Shown here piece after piece: positions 1 through 9,512 of a DNA stretch of 64,000 nucleotides. Numbering within the stretch: the stretch's first letter is position 1; every line of letters starts with the position of its first letter. Made by a program: the position numbers and the translations under genes. Source of the DNA: an uncultured Acidobacteriota bacterium (GTDB lineage: Bacteria > Acidobacteriota > Thermoanaerobaculia > Multivoradales > SZUA-115); contig CAWDVR010000001.1 of the NCBI GenBank assembly GCA_963805975.1, forward strand, positions 928,001 to 992,000, in the 5' to 3' direction. Under the pieces are notes generated by a model. It was given only the letters and a program-made list of their open reading frames with translations, was not told the origin of the DNA and did not search any database.

Positions 1-1314
1 CGTCTTGCCGCTCTCGGTGCGGCCGCGCCCCAGGCGCTCGTGGGCGCGCGCCAGGTCGCGCGAGGTGAAGGCGGCCATCAGCGACAGCTCGCCGGCGAGC
101 ACGGCGGCGCCCAGGATCTCGGCCAGACGCATCACCGCGGCGCCGGGCCGCTCGGGGTCCGGCAGCGCGCCAAGGAGCGCCAGGGCCTCGCGCTGGGTGT
201 CGAGCGCCGTACCGCCGCCCACCGCGCCGAGCGGCAGGTCGGGCAGGAAGATGGAGGCGTAGACCGAGCCGTTCTCCCGCTCCTCGACGCTGGTGATGCC
301 CATCGAGCCGCCCACCACGTGGGCAATGTCCTGGCCGGTGGCGAGGAAGAAGGCCGCCACCACGTTGGCCATGTGGGCGTTGAAGCCTTGCGAGCCGGCG
401 GCGATCGAGCCCAGCAGGTTCTTGCGGTACTGCACCTCGACCAGCGCGCGGGCGTCGGTCTTCAGGTACTTGGCCAGCACCTGGGCGTCGAGCACGGCCT
501 CGGCGTGGATGCGCTTGCCGCGCCCTTCCTGGAAGTTGATGGCGGCGGGCTTCTTGTCCACGCAGTAGTTGCCCGAGAGGGCGATGCAGCGCACGCCGGT
601 GCGCGGCACGATGAGCTCGGAGACCACGCGGTCGCAGGCGATGGTCGCCATGTTCATGCCCATGGCGTCGCCGGACTCCATGCGGAAGCGCAGGAAGACG
701 GTGGTGCCGAAGGCGAAAGGCCGGATGTCGAGCAGCCGCAGGTAGCGGCTGGTGCCCTCGGCCACCTTGCGGATCTCCTCCTCGTGGGCGCGCACCCAGG
801 CGAGGAGGGCGCGGGTCTCGCTGATGCCGGTGGTCTCGAACACCGGCGCCCGCGTCATGCCGATCTCCTCGACGTAGGCGAGCGCCCCCCCGGCCTCGCG
901 CAGCGCCGTGCAACCGCGGTTGATCGAGGCCACGAGCGCGCCTTCGGTGGTGGCGAGCGGCACGAAGTACTCGCCGTTGGTGAACTCGCCGTGCACCTTG
1001 AGCGGGCCGACCACGCCCATCGGGATCTGCGCCACGCCGATGAAGTTCTCGCAGTGGCGGGTGGAGGCGCGCTCGGCGTCCAGCGAGTAGTGGCCCATGT
1101 GCTCGAGCAGGGCGCCCGAAGCTTCTTCGAGCGCCCTGCGGCGCACGGTGGCGGCCTCCTCGGCGGGCATCTCCTTGGGGAGCTGGTAGAAGCGCAGGTC
1201 GCCCCGTGCGAGAGCCTCGATCAGCTCGGCATGCTTTTCCGGCGGCGCCGCGGGCGAAGGCACCGCGGCGAGCGACCGTGGGCCGCGGTGGAGGTTCTTG
1301 GGAGGCTGGCTCAT
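1..1314 (-). CDS. hmgA: Class I (archaeal/eukaryotic-type) HMG-CoA reductase; stop codon lies beyond the left window edge
   Basis: Not in the ORF track. Manual translation from the ATG at 1314 gives CENFIGVAQIPMGVVGPL, PLATTEGALVASINRGC, GDAMGMNM and SGNYCVDKK, ending LARAHERLGR. The start overlaps the fni stop (ATGA). Confidence 0.93.
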   Translation of the reverse strand, partial: MSQPPKNLHRGPRSLAAVPSPAAPPEKHAELIEALARGDLRFYQLPKEMPAEEAATVRRRALEEASGALLEHMGHYSLDAERASTRHCENFIGVAQIPMGVVGPLKVHGEFTNGEYFVPLATTEGALVASINRGCTALREAGGALAYVEEIGMTRAPVFETTGISETRALLAWVRAHEEEIRKVAEGTSRYLRLLDIRPFAFGTTVFLRFRMESGDAMGMNMATIACDRVVSELIVPRTGVRCIALSGNYCVDKKPAAINFQEGRGKRIHAEAVLDAQVLAKYLKTDARALVEVQYRKNLLGSIAAGSQGFNAHMANVVAAFFLATGQDIAHVVGGSMGITSVEERENGSVYASIFLPDLPLGAVGGGTALDTQREALALLGALPDPERPGAAVMRLAEILGAAVLAGELSLMAAFTSRDLARAHERLGRGRTESGKT

Positions 1315-2393
1315 GGGGGCGTTCTCCGTGCGCCGAGGGCTGGTGGGCCCGGCGGCGCCTTCTGCGGCTCGATCCGCGCCCGGGCGAGCTCCGAGAGGGA
1401 GCGCGCGCCGAGGCAGAACATGGCGATCTTGAGCTCGTGGACGAGCCGCTCGATGCGCTCGGCCACGTCGTCGGGGGAGCGCTGGGCGGCGGCCAGGAAG
1501 GGATAGGCGAGGCCCACCAGGTCGGCGCCCAGGGCGATGGCCTTGGCCACGTCCAGGCCGGAGCGGACGCCGCCGCTGCCGATCACGGTCACCCGCGGGA
1601 TGCGGCGCAGCTCGACGATCGACTGCGGCGTGGGGATGCCCCAGTCGGCGAACAGCTCGCCGAGCTCGAGGTCGCCCGAGCGGCTGGCCTCGATCCGCGC
1701 CCAGCTCGTGCCGCCGAGGCCGGCGGTGTCGAGGTGCACGATGCCGATGCCGGCGAGCGCCCTGCCGGTCGCCTCGGACATGCCGCAGCCCACCTCCTTG
1801 GCGATCACCGGCACGTCGAGCCCGCGCACCACGTCCGCCATCTTGGGCAGCAGGCCCTTGAAGTTCGTCTGGCCCTCGGGCTGCAGCGCCTCCTGCAACG
1901 GGTTCAGGTGCAGCGCCAGCGCGTCGGCCTCGATCATCGCCACGGCGCGGCGGCAGTGGTCGATGCCGAAGCCGTAGTTGAGCTGCACCGCCCCGAGGTT
2001 GCCCAGGAGCGCCGCCGTCGGCGCCACCTTGCGCACCTCGAAGCTCGCGGCCTGGGAGGGGTCCTCGATCGCCTTGCGCTGCGAGCCCACGCCGACCGCC
2101 ACCCCGGAGAGCTCGGCCCCGGCCGCCAGGTTCAGGTTGATCTGGTTGGCGATCGCCGTGCCTCCGGTCATGCAGGAGACCAGGATCGGCGCCGCCAGCC
2201 GCTTGCCGAGGAAGGTCATGGAGGTGTCGATCTCGGCGAGGTCGATCTCGGGGAGGGCCTGGTGCAGGAAGCGGTAGTCGTCGAAGTAGCTCGCCTCGAT
2301 CTGCATGCGGCGGTCGAGGGCGAGCGCGATGTGCTCGGCCTTGCGGTCGCGCTCGGTCTCCGGCGCCGGAACCGGCTGCTCCGGCCGGCTCAC
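1311..2393 (-). CDS. fni: Type 2 isopentenyl-diphosphate delta-isomerase (FMN-dependent)
   Basis: RKAEHI, LHQALPE, MTGG, GSQR, HLNPLQEALQPEG, KEVGCG, GGTSW and SGGVRSGLD motifs. GTG start at 2393 overlaps the upstream TGA. Confidence 0.95.
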   Translation of the reverse strand: MSRPEQPVPAPETERDRKAEHIALALDRRMQIEASYFDDYRFLHQALPEIDLAEIDTSMTFLGKRLAAPILVSCMTGGTAIANQINLNLAAGAELSGVAVGVGSQRKAIEDPSQAASFEVRKVAPTAALLGNLGAVQLNYGFGIDHCRRAVAMIEADALALHLNPLQEALQPEGQTNFKGLLPKMADVVRGLDVPVIAKEVGCGMSEATGRALAGIGIVHLDTAGLGGTSWARIEASRSGDLELGELFADWGIPTPQSIVELRRIPRVTVIGSGGVRSGLDVAKAIALGADLVGLAYPFLAAAQRSPDDVAERIERLVHELKIAMFCLGARSLSELARARIEPQKAPPGPPALGARRTPP

Positions 2394-3508
2394 GCCCGGC
2401 GCTCCCGCGAGAACTCGATCAGGCCTTCGAGAAAGGCGTGGCCCTCGTCGGCGGCGGGGGAGGCGGGGAGAGAGGCCTGGACCAGGGCCTCGCGCGCCGT
2501 CTCCAGGCGCTCGGCGACCATGGCCCGTACCCTGGCCGCGGCGCCGGTCGATTCGAGGATCTCGAGCGCCCACCGGCGGTCGGCGCCGGTGAGCGCCGCG
2601 TTGCCGCGCGCCGCCTCGAGCCAGGCGCGGTCGCCCGGGCTCGCCTGGCCGAGGGCGTGGTAGACGAGAAACGTGAACTTGCCCTCGGCGAGGTCGGCCC
2701 CCACCGGCTTGCCCACCGTCGCCGCGTCGCCGAACATGCCGAGGAGATCGTCCTGGAGCTGGAAGGCCTCGCCCACCGCGCGTCCGTAGCGGCCGAGGGC
2801 CGCGAGCTGGCGGGCGGACGCGCCGGCCAGGAGCGCCCCGAGCTCGATCGGCCGCTCGACGCTGTAGCGCCCTGACTTGAGGCGCAGCACGCGCAGCAGG
2901 TCGTCCTCGCTCGGCGCCCGGTCCACCCCGGCCAGGATCTCCAGGTACTGGCCGTGGATCACCTCCTGCGCCATGGCCGCGAACGAGCGCTCGACCGCCG
3001 CGCGGCGCTCGGCCGGCCCGTCCAGGCCGGCCGCGAGCTCGAAGGCGTAGCTCGCCGCGAGGTCGCCGACCAGGATGGCGATCGAGCGGCCGAAGTCGTC
3101 GGCCGCGCCGCGGAAGCCGCGCGCCGCGTGCAGCTCGCGGAACAAGGCGTGCGCCGTGGGCCGGCCGCGGCGCAGCTCGGCGTGGTCCATGATGTCGTCG
3201 TGGATCAGCAGGTAGGTGTGGAGCAGCTCCGCGGCGAGGGCGAGGGGCAGGGCCTCCTCGGCCGAGCGGCCGCCGCAGGCGAGGTAGGCGTGGTGCACCA
3301 GGGCCGGGCGCAACCGCTTGCCGCCGCTCTCCACCAGGCCGGTGAGCGCCTCCACCAGCTTCCGCGCCGCCGGCGCTTCGGCCTCTGCCGCGCGGGCCTT
3401 GGCTTCGAGGAGCCGCGCGAGCTCGCGGTCCACGGCTTCGCGGTAGCGCTCCAGGCGCTCGCCGAAGGGGACCAGCGTCGTAGGTTCCGTGGTGGGAAAG
3501 GCTTGCAT
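2390..3508 (-). CDS. Polyprenyl (GGPP-type) diphosphate synthase
   Basis: GGKRLRP, first Asp-rich motif HDDIMD..RRG, GQYLE, KSGRYS and FQLQDDLLG. ATG at 3508. Confidence 0.92.
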   Translation of the reverse strand: MQAFPTTEPTTLVPFGERLERYREAVDRELARLLEAKARAAEAEAPAARKLVEALTGLVESGGKRLRPALVHHAYLACGGRSAEEALPLALAAELLHTYLLIHDDIMDHAELRRGRPTAHALFRELHAARGFRGAADDFGRSIAILVGDLAASYAFELAAGLDGPAERRAAVERSFAAMAQEVIHGQYLEILAGVDRAPSEDDLLRVLRLKSGRYSVERPIELGALLAGASARQLAALGRYGRAVGEAFQLQDDLLGMFGDAATVGKPVGADLAEGKFTFLVYHALGQASPGDRAWLEAARGNAALTGADRRWALEILESTGAAARVRAMVAERLETAREALVQASLPASPAADEGHAFLEGLIEFSRERRA

Positions 3509-3702
3509 GCTCGGGTCCGGCCGTCGCCGGCTGGACCGGCGGATGATACCACTCGACCTAGGGCACTCGACCTCGGGGCGTCGTGCTGCCTCGGTGTGGG
3601 ACTTCCTGTCTCGATGCGGGTGGCCGGCGCACTCTAGAAGAGGGCGAAGGGCTCGATCGGACGCACGTCCCGCGGATCGAGCCCCACGGGATCGAGACAA
3701 CG

Positions 3703-4419
3703 ATGAGCGAAGTGGACGACATCCTAGGGGCGGCCGGCCGCGGCGACGCGGCGCGGGTGCGGGAGCTGCTGGCGGCGAACCGCGAGCTGGCGGACGCGAT
3801 CGGCAGCTATCACAAGACGCCGCTCCACCTTGCGGCCGAGAAGGACCACCGCGAGATCGCCGAGGCACTGCTCGAAGCCGGCGCGCGGCTCGAGGTCGAG
3901 ACCACCTGGGGGATGACGCCCCTCGAATGGGCGGCCAACATGAACAGCCAATCCGTGGGCCGGGCGCTGATCGGCGCCGGTGCTCACCTCCACCTGTGGG
4001 CCGCGGCCGGGCTCGGCATGCTCGAGGCGGTCGAGGGCCTCTTCTCGACCGACGGCCACCCGCGGGCGGCGGCCTTCAAGCCCGAGCACCGCCAGCAGCT
4101 CGACGGAAGCTGGGCCGACGACCCGGCGGACTACGACGAGAGCGAGCTGGTCTCCGACAGCTTCTACATCGCCTGCCGCAACGGCCACACCGCGGTCGCC
4201 CGCTTCCTGCTCGGCAAGGGCGCCGACATCGACCACCGCGGTTTCTGGGGCGGCACCGGCCTGCACTGGGCGGCGGCCGGGGGCCATCTCGAGACTGTGC
4301 GCTTCCTGGTCGAGAACGGCGCCCGCCAGGATCTGCTCGACGAGCAGCACCACGCGACACCCTACAACTGGGCGGCCAACTTCGACCATCGCGAGGTGAT
4401 GGAGCAGCTCGCCGGCTGA
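3703..4419 (+). CDS. Ankyrin repeat protein
   Basis: TPLHLAA, TPLEWAA, TGLHWAA and VRFLVENGA ankyrin repeats. Confidence 0.88.
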   Translation: MSEVDDILGAAGRGDAARVRELLAANRELADAIGSYHKTPLHLAAEKDHREIAEALLEAGARLEVETTWGMTPLEWAANMNSQSVGRALIGAGAHLHLWAAAGLGMLEAVEGLFSTDGHPRAAAFKPEHRQQLDGSWADDPADYDESELVSDSFYIACRNGHTAVARFLLGKGADIDHRGFWGGTGLHWAAAGGHLETVRFLVENGARQDLLDEQHHATPYNWAANFDHREVMEQLAG

Positions 4420-4447
4420 CCTCGGTGTCGTAGAGTCGGCACCCTTC

Positions 4448-5146
4448 ATGAGTGCCGAACCCCCGGAAACCGGGCCGCTCACGCGTGAGCTGTTGTCCCG
4501 CCTCTCGCCGGAGGAAGCGGCGGCCCGGCTGCGCCGCGAGGTCGAAGGCCTGAGCCTCGCCGAGCGCTTCCGGCTGCTGCACGAGCTGGGGCTTTACCAC
4601 GCCGAGAGCCAGTCGGGCGAGGGCTCGTCGCTCGCGGAGACGAGAGCCCTGCGCGCGGCTCTGCCGGGCCTCCTGGCGCGCTACGAGATCGAGAGCCTTC
4701 TCGACCTGCCCTGCGGCGACTTCTTCTGGATGCGGACCGTGGACCTGACGGGAATCGACTACCTGGGCGCCGACATCGTGCCCGAGATCGTGGCCGCCAA
4801 CGAGGAGCGCTTCGGCACGCCGGGCCGCCGGTTTCGGGTGCTCGACGCCGCCGCCGACTCTCTGCCCGCCGTCGACCTGATCCTCTGCCGCGACCTCCTG
4901 ATCCACCTGAGCCTGGGCGACATCGCGCGGGTGTTGGCAGGCTTCGCGGCAAGCGGCTCGCGTCTGCTGCTCACCACCCACTTCGCCGGCTGCGAGGAGA
5001 ACGCGGAGATCGTCTCCGGTGACTTCCGGCCGGTCAACCTCTGTGCCTCGCCCTTCGGCTGGCCGCCACCGCTGGCGGTGATCGACGAAGAGAGCCGCAT
5101 GGCAGGCGGCGCCGGGCGGGGGTTGGGCTTGTGGAGACTGAGGTGA
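4448..5146 (+). CDS. Class I SAM-dependent methyltransferase
   Basis: SGEGS, LLDLPCGD, YLGADIV and DLILCRDLLIHL motifs. Confidence 0.82.
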   Translation: MSAEPPETGPLTRELLSRLSPEEAAARLRREVEGLSLAERFRLLHELGLYHAESQSGEGSSLAETRALRAALPGLLARYEIESLLDLPCGDFFWMRTVDLTGIDYLGADIVPEIVAANEERFGTPGRRFRVLDAAADSLPAVDLILCRDLLIHLSLGDIARVLAGFAASGSRLLLTTHFAGCEENAEIVSGDFRPVNLCASPFGWPPPLAVIDEESRMAGGAGRGLGLWRLR

Positions 5147-5157
5147 GCCGGGCCGGC

Positions 5158-5187
5158 CCTCCGGCCGCTGTCGAGGGCGGCCGGAGG
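5158..5187. terminator. GC-rich hairpin between convergent genes (possible bidirectional terminator)
   Basis: Perfect 11-bp inverted repeat cctccggccgc/gcggccggagg. No clear U-tract. Confidence 0.4.
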
Positions 5188-5207
5188 ATCGGTTGGGGAA
5201 GCCGCCG

Positions 5208-5669
5208 TCAGAACCAGAGCAACGTGCAGGTGCGGGTGCAGCCGTCCGAGCAGCTCTGGAAGCGGATGTTGAGTCCGCTGTTGGTCACGCGGGTGAAGGT
5301 GCACTGCGGCCCGGAGGGGTTGATGGTGAACTCCCAGTCGGTCGCGAAGTGGATCGGCTCCGGGTCGTGCGGACCCTGGCGGTAGCGGTCGACGGCCTTG
5401 GCGAAGGTGAACTTCCGGTTGTCCCAGTAGGTGGTGCCGTTGGGCCGCAGAGCCTCGAAGTACTCGATGCCGCGCTGCATGTCCTCCCAGCTCATCGCCG
5501 GGTTGACGTCGAACACCGAGTAGCCGTAGTTCTTGGCCGGGGCGCAGGGGCCGGTGTAGGAACAGAGGTAGGTCGCGCCGTCGATCGCCTTCATGTGCTC
5601 GGCGTGGGCGGGTACGGCCTGGGCGGCGAACGCGATCGTCAGGGCCGCGAGCAGCAGGGTCTTGCGCAT
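5208..5669 (-). CDS. Secreted Cys-containing hypothetical protein
   Basis: MRKTLLLAALTIAFAAQAVPAHA signal peptide, purine-rich RBS (GGAGAAGAG), typical codon usage, six Cys. Confidence 0.75.
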   Translation of the reverse strand: MRKTLLLAALTIAFAAQAVPAHAEHMKAIDGATYLCSYTGPCAPAKNYGYSVFDVNPAMSWEDMQRGIEYFEALRPNGTTYWDNRKFTFAKAVDRYRQGPHDPEPIHFATDWEFTINPSGPQCTFTRVTNSGLNIRFQSCSDGCTRTCTLLWF

Positions 5670-5766
5670 GGTCTCTTCTCCTTGCCACGGAGTGGCGTTT
5701 CGAGCGCGCGGCGGCTCGGGGAAACGTCCTCCGTCCGCTCGCGTCGTTTCGTGATGCCGGCTTCCA

Positions 5767-5783
5767 TGGCAAGGCGGTTGCCA
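5767..5783 (-). promoter_or_regulatory. Candidate sigma54 -24/-12 promoter (palindromic TGGCAA-N5-TTGCCA)
   Basis: Matches TGGCAn-N5-TTGC on both strands. Lies about 100 nt upstream of the 5669 ATG. Confidence 0.4.
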
Positions 5784-5913
5784 AGGCATATCGCGATTAG
5801 AATCAGTATGTTGATGGAAATACGCTCCCGCGGCTGAGACTCCGACCGGGGGCTGGCGAGGCGCCAGTCCCGCGCCCGGGATTGGAGCCCCGAGGCGCGG
5901 GCGGCGAGGTGGC

Positions 5914-6603
5914 TCAGTGCACCGGGATGCCGATACGCTCCATCTCGGCGACGTCGTCCGGGTTCGGGGTCCGGTGCGTGCCGCGGATGTAGTCGGCGCC
6001 GAGGAAGAGGTTGTAGCAGGAGTCCTCGTAGCGGTGGTGGAGGAAGTGATTGCGCGTCATGGCGCGGCCGTAGGGGGTGCTGATCAGCCAGGAGATCCAG
6101 CCCGGGGCCTCGCGGCGGGCGCGTTCGTGCGGCATGTGCAGAAAGGGGTGGACCCAGTTGCTGAGGATCGGCGGGCCCCCAAGGGTGACCAGGGCGCCGG
6201 TCGCGACCCAGGCGCCGAACGCCAGGTAGATCAGCGGCCAGGAGGCGACGAGAGGAGCGATGAAGGTCAGGGCGCCGCCGCCCTGGAGCTTGACCGCGTA
6301 CTGCGCCTTCTTGATCAGCTCGCCGTGGTGCCCGTGCTTGGCGAGCATCTTGTCGAGGTTCTCCTTTTCCTGCGCCGAGGAGAACTGGGTGACGTGGTCG
6401 GTGCGGAACGTGCGGACGTGGTGGACGACGTGATGGGAGAAGTACGTGCCCAGGAGCTGGCTGAAGAGCTTGGGGTGCTTCTTCCAGAACAGGCGGTAGC
6501 GGTTGGGGGCGTCCGAGATGTTCTGATGGGCCACCGATTCGATGAACGAGGCCACGACATAGCCCAAGGCCAGTCCGGCCAGGATGCGCAGAGCGATCTC
6601 CAT
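5914..6603 (-). CDS. Membrane di-iron desaturase/hydroxylase superfamily protein
   Basis: His boxes HHVVHH, HPFLH and HFLHH plus TM segments. Confidence 0.7.
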   Translation of the reverse strand: MEIALRILAGLALGYVVASFIESVAHQNISDAPNRYRLFWKKHPKLFSQLLGTYFSHHVVHHVRTFRTDHVTQFSSAQEKENLDKMLAKHGHHGELIKKAQYAVKLQGGGALTFIAPLVASWPLIYLAFGAWVATGALVTLGGPPILSNWVHPFLHMPHERARREAPGWISWLISTPYGRAMTRNHFLHHRYEDSCYNLFLGADYIRGTHRTPNPDDVAEMERIGIPVH

Positions 6604-6737
6604 GGCGACTCCTTATGCAATCTAATAATGAGACGCCCGTATTTTAAGACCATCGATAAGTCATGTCAATTGGCGAAACCGTCCCGGGAAGAGGGCTACC
6701 AGCGGCTACCCGGGCTCTTTGCTATCCTCGAAAACCT

Positions 6738-8147
6738 ATGACGATCCGAGCCGGCCAGCGCGTGGGCCTCATCAGCCTGGGCTGCGCCAAGAATCTGGTG
6801 GACTCCGAGGTGATGCTCGGCGAGCTCGCGGGCCTGGGCTACGAGATCGTGGCCGATGCGGCCGACGCCGACACGGTGATCGTGAACACTTGCGGCTTCA
6901 TCGACCAGGCGCGCGAGGAGTCGGTCAACACCATCCTGGAGATGGCCCAGTTGAAAGCACAGGGCCTGACGGCCGGCGGCGGAGTCAAGAGGCTGCTGGT
7001 GGCCGGCTGCATGGTGCAGCGCCACGGCGCCGAGCTGGCGCGCGAGATCCCGGAGATCGACGGCTTCATCGGTCTCGACGATCTGAGGAAAGTGGGCTCG
7101 GTGGTCGAGATCGGGGGCGGACCGCCGCCTCCTTCACCGTCCCATCTGGTCTTCGACCACACCGCGCCCCGACTGCTCACCACCCGTGGGCACGCCTACC
7201 TGAAGGTGGCCGAGGGCTGCAACAACCCCTGCACCTTCTGCGCGATCCCGGTGTGGCGCGGCCGGTTTCGCAGCCGCACGATCGACAGCCTGGTGACCGA
7301 GGCCCGGGAGCTCGAAAGCGCCGGAGTGAAGGAACTCTGCCTCATCGCCCAGGACACCACGCGCTACGGCGAGGATTTGGGCCTGGGCAGTAATGGGGGC
7401 TACGGCCGGGACGGCCTCGAGCGGCTGGCGGAGGCCCTGCTGGCCGCCACCGACATCCCCTGGCTGCGGTTCCTCTACGCCTATCCCACCACCCTGGACG
7501 AAGGGCTGCTGCGGCTCATGGGGGCCGAGGAGCGGTTCGTCTCCTACCTCGACATGCCGCTCCAGCACAGCCATCCGGACGTGCTGCGGGCCATGAAGCG
7601 GGGCGGATCGGACCGCCGCTATCGCCAGATCGTCGACCGCGCCCGCGAGCTGGTGCCGGACATCTTCCTGCGCACCACCTTCATCGTCGGCTTCCCGGGA
7701 GAGACCGAAGAGCACTTCCGGCACCTGCTGGCCTTCGTCGAGGAGCTGCGCTTCGACCATCTCGGCGCCTTCGCCTACAGCATCGAGGAGGACACGCCGT
7801 CCGCCGCGCTTCCCGGCCGCGTGCCCAAGGGCGTCGCCCGGCGGCGCTACGAGAAGCTGCTGGCGGTGCAGAGGCCCATCGCCCACGAGAGCCGCCGGCG
7901 CCTCCTGGGCCGCCGGCTCACCGTGCTGGTCGAGGGGGTGTCGGAGGAGAGCGAGCACCTGCTCGAAGGCCGCCACTTCGGGATGGCCCCGGGCATCGAC
8001 GGCCACCTGTTCATCAACGACGGCCGCGCCCCGGCCGGCAGCTTCGCCGAGGTGGAGGTCACGGACGCCTATCCGGACGACCTGGTGGGGCGGATCGTGG
8101 GACCGCGGGGCGCACCGGGCGTGGAAGTGGCCGAAGCCGCCGCTTGA
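6738..8147 (+). CDS. rimO: Ribosomal protein S12 methylthiotransferase
   Basis: SLGCAKNLVDSE, NTCGFI, CNNPCTFC radical SAM motif, C-terminal TRAM domain (APGIDG). Confidence 0.95.
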   Translation: MTIRAGQRVGLISLGCAKNLVDSEVMLGELAGLGYEIVADAADADTVIVNTCGFIDQAREESVNTILEMAQLKAQGLTAGGGVKRLLVAGCMVQRHGAELAREIPEIDGFIGLDDLRKVGSVVEIGGGPPPPSPSHLVFDHTAPRLLTTRGHAYLKVAEGCNNPCTFCAIPVWRGRFRSRTIDSLVTEARELESAGVKELCLIAQDTTRYGEDLGLGSNGGYGRDGLERLAEALLAATDIPWLRFLYAYPTTLDEGLLRLMGAEERFVSYLDMPLQHSHPDVLRAMKRGGSDRRYRQIVDRARELVPDIFLRTTFIVGFPGETEEHFRHLLAFVEELRFDHLGAFAYSIEEDTPSAALPGRVPKGVARRRYEKLLAVQRPIAHESRRRLLGRRLTVLVEGVSEESEHLLEGRHFGMAPGIDGHLFINDGRAPAGSFAEVEVTDAYPDDLVGRIVGPRGAPGVEVAEAAA

Positions 8148-9133
8148 GCCCGATGCAGGTCATCCCGGACGCGCTCGCCGCCGCCGACCTGCCGCAGGGC
8201 GTGGTCGCCACGATCGGCAACTTCGACGGCGTGCACCGTGGCCAGCGGGCCATCCTGGAGCACGTGGTCGAGCGCGGCCGGGCCCTCGGCCTGCCGGCCG
8301 TGGTGGTGACCTTCGAGCCCCATCCGCTCGCCGTGGTGCAGCCCGAGTCCGCGCCGCCGCGGCTCACCACCGCGGCGCAGAAAGAGCGGCTGATCTCCGC
8401 CCTGGGGCTCGATGCCATGCTGGTGCTCTCCTTCACCCGCGAGCTCGCGGCCACGCCGGCCGAGCGCTTCGTGCGCGAGTTCCTGGCCGGCGCGATCGGG
8501 GCGCGGGAGATCTACGTCGGCGCGGGCTTCGTCTTCGGCCGCAAGCGCGAAGGCGACCTCGCGCTCCTCCAGCGGGTGGGGGCGGAGCGGGGCTTCACGG
8601 CCGCCGCCGCGCCGGAGGTGCTGCTCGGCGGGCTGCGCATCTCGAGCACCCGGATCCGGCGCGCGGTGACCGACGGCCGGGTGGAGGAGGCGTGCGAGAT
8701 GCTGGGGCGTCCCTATGCCATCGAGGGCACGGTGGCGCGCGGCGACCGGATGGGGCAGCGCCTGGGCTGGCCGACCGTCAACCTCGCCTCCGAGAACGAG
8801 CTGGTGCCGGCCGACGGCGTGTACGCGGGCCAGGCGACCTTTCCCAGTTTCCCGACCACCTTCAACTGTGCCACCAACATCGGCACCCGGCCCACGGTCT
8901 ACGAGAGCTACCGCCGGGTGGTGGAGAGCCACGTGCTCGACTTCCAATCCGACGTCTACGGCCAGCGGGTGGAGCTCACCTTCCACCGCCGGCTGCGGGA
9001 GGAGCGGATCTTCCCCTCGGTGATGGACCTCTCGGCCCAGATCCGGCAGGACGTCGAGACCACGCGAGAATACTTTGCCGCCCGCGAGCGTTCTCACGGG
9101 GGGCACGGTGAGAAGGCCCCGAGTGCCGCTTGA
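8144..9133 (+). CDS. ribF: Bifunctional riboflavin kinase/FAD synthetase
   Basis: IGNFDGVHRG, TFEPHP, ISSTRIR, LGWPTVN, NIGTRPT. Confidence 0.95.
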   Translation: MSPMQVIPDALAAADLPQGVVATIGNFDGVHRGQRAILEHVVERGRALGLPAVVVTFEPHPLAVVQPESAPPRLTTAAQKERLISALGLDAMLVLSFTRELAATPAERFVREFLAGAIGAREIYVGAGFVFGRKREGDLALLQRVGAERGFTAAAAPEVLLGGLRISSTRIRRAVTDGRVEEACEMLGRPYAIEGTVARGDRMGQRLGWPTVNLASENELVPADGVYAGQATFPSFPTTFNCATNIGTRPTVYESYRRVVESHVLDFQSDVYGQRVELTFHRRLREERIFPSVMDLSAQIRQDVETTREYFAARERSHGGHGEKAPSAA

Positions 9134-9172
9134 ACGACTCCCTCGAACCAACCCAGCTCCAGGAGACGAGCC

Positions 9173-9502
9173 ATGGCCAGCGATAAGATCGTGACCGCGA
9201 CCAACGACAACTTTCAGACCGAGGTTCTGCAGTCCTCCGAGCCGGTGCTGGTGGATTTCTGGGCCCAGTGGTGCGGCCCCTGCCGCATGGTGGCCCCGGT
9301 CCTCGACCAGCTCGCGGACGAGATGCAGGGCAAAGTGAAGATCGCCAAGCTCAACGTCGACGAGAACCAGGAGACCGCCTACCAGTTCCAGGTGTCGAGC
9401 ATCCCGACCTTCATCCTGTTCAAGGACGGCAAGATGGCCGACCGCACCATGGGCGCGCTCCCCAAGTCCGCCTTCGAGAGCTTCATCAACCGCAACCTGT
9501 AA
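9173..9502 (+). CDS. trxA: Thioredoxin
   Basis: [11 protein letters not shown] motif, AGGAG RBS. Confidence 0.96.
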   Translation: MASDKIVTATNDNFQTEVLQSSEPVLVDFWAQWCGPCRMVAPVLDQLADEMQGKVKIAKLNVDENQETAYQFQVSSIPTFILFKDGKMADRTMGALPKSAFESFINRNL

Positions 9503-9512
9503 TCGCCGGTTC

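Noticed and set aside
40-1506. Plus-strand 488-aa ORF
   Set aside because: Shadow of the minus-strand HMG-CoA reductase gene.
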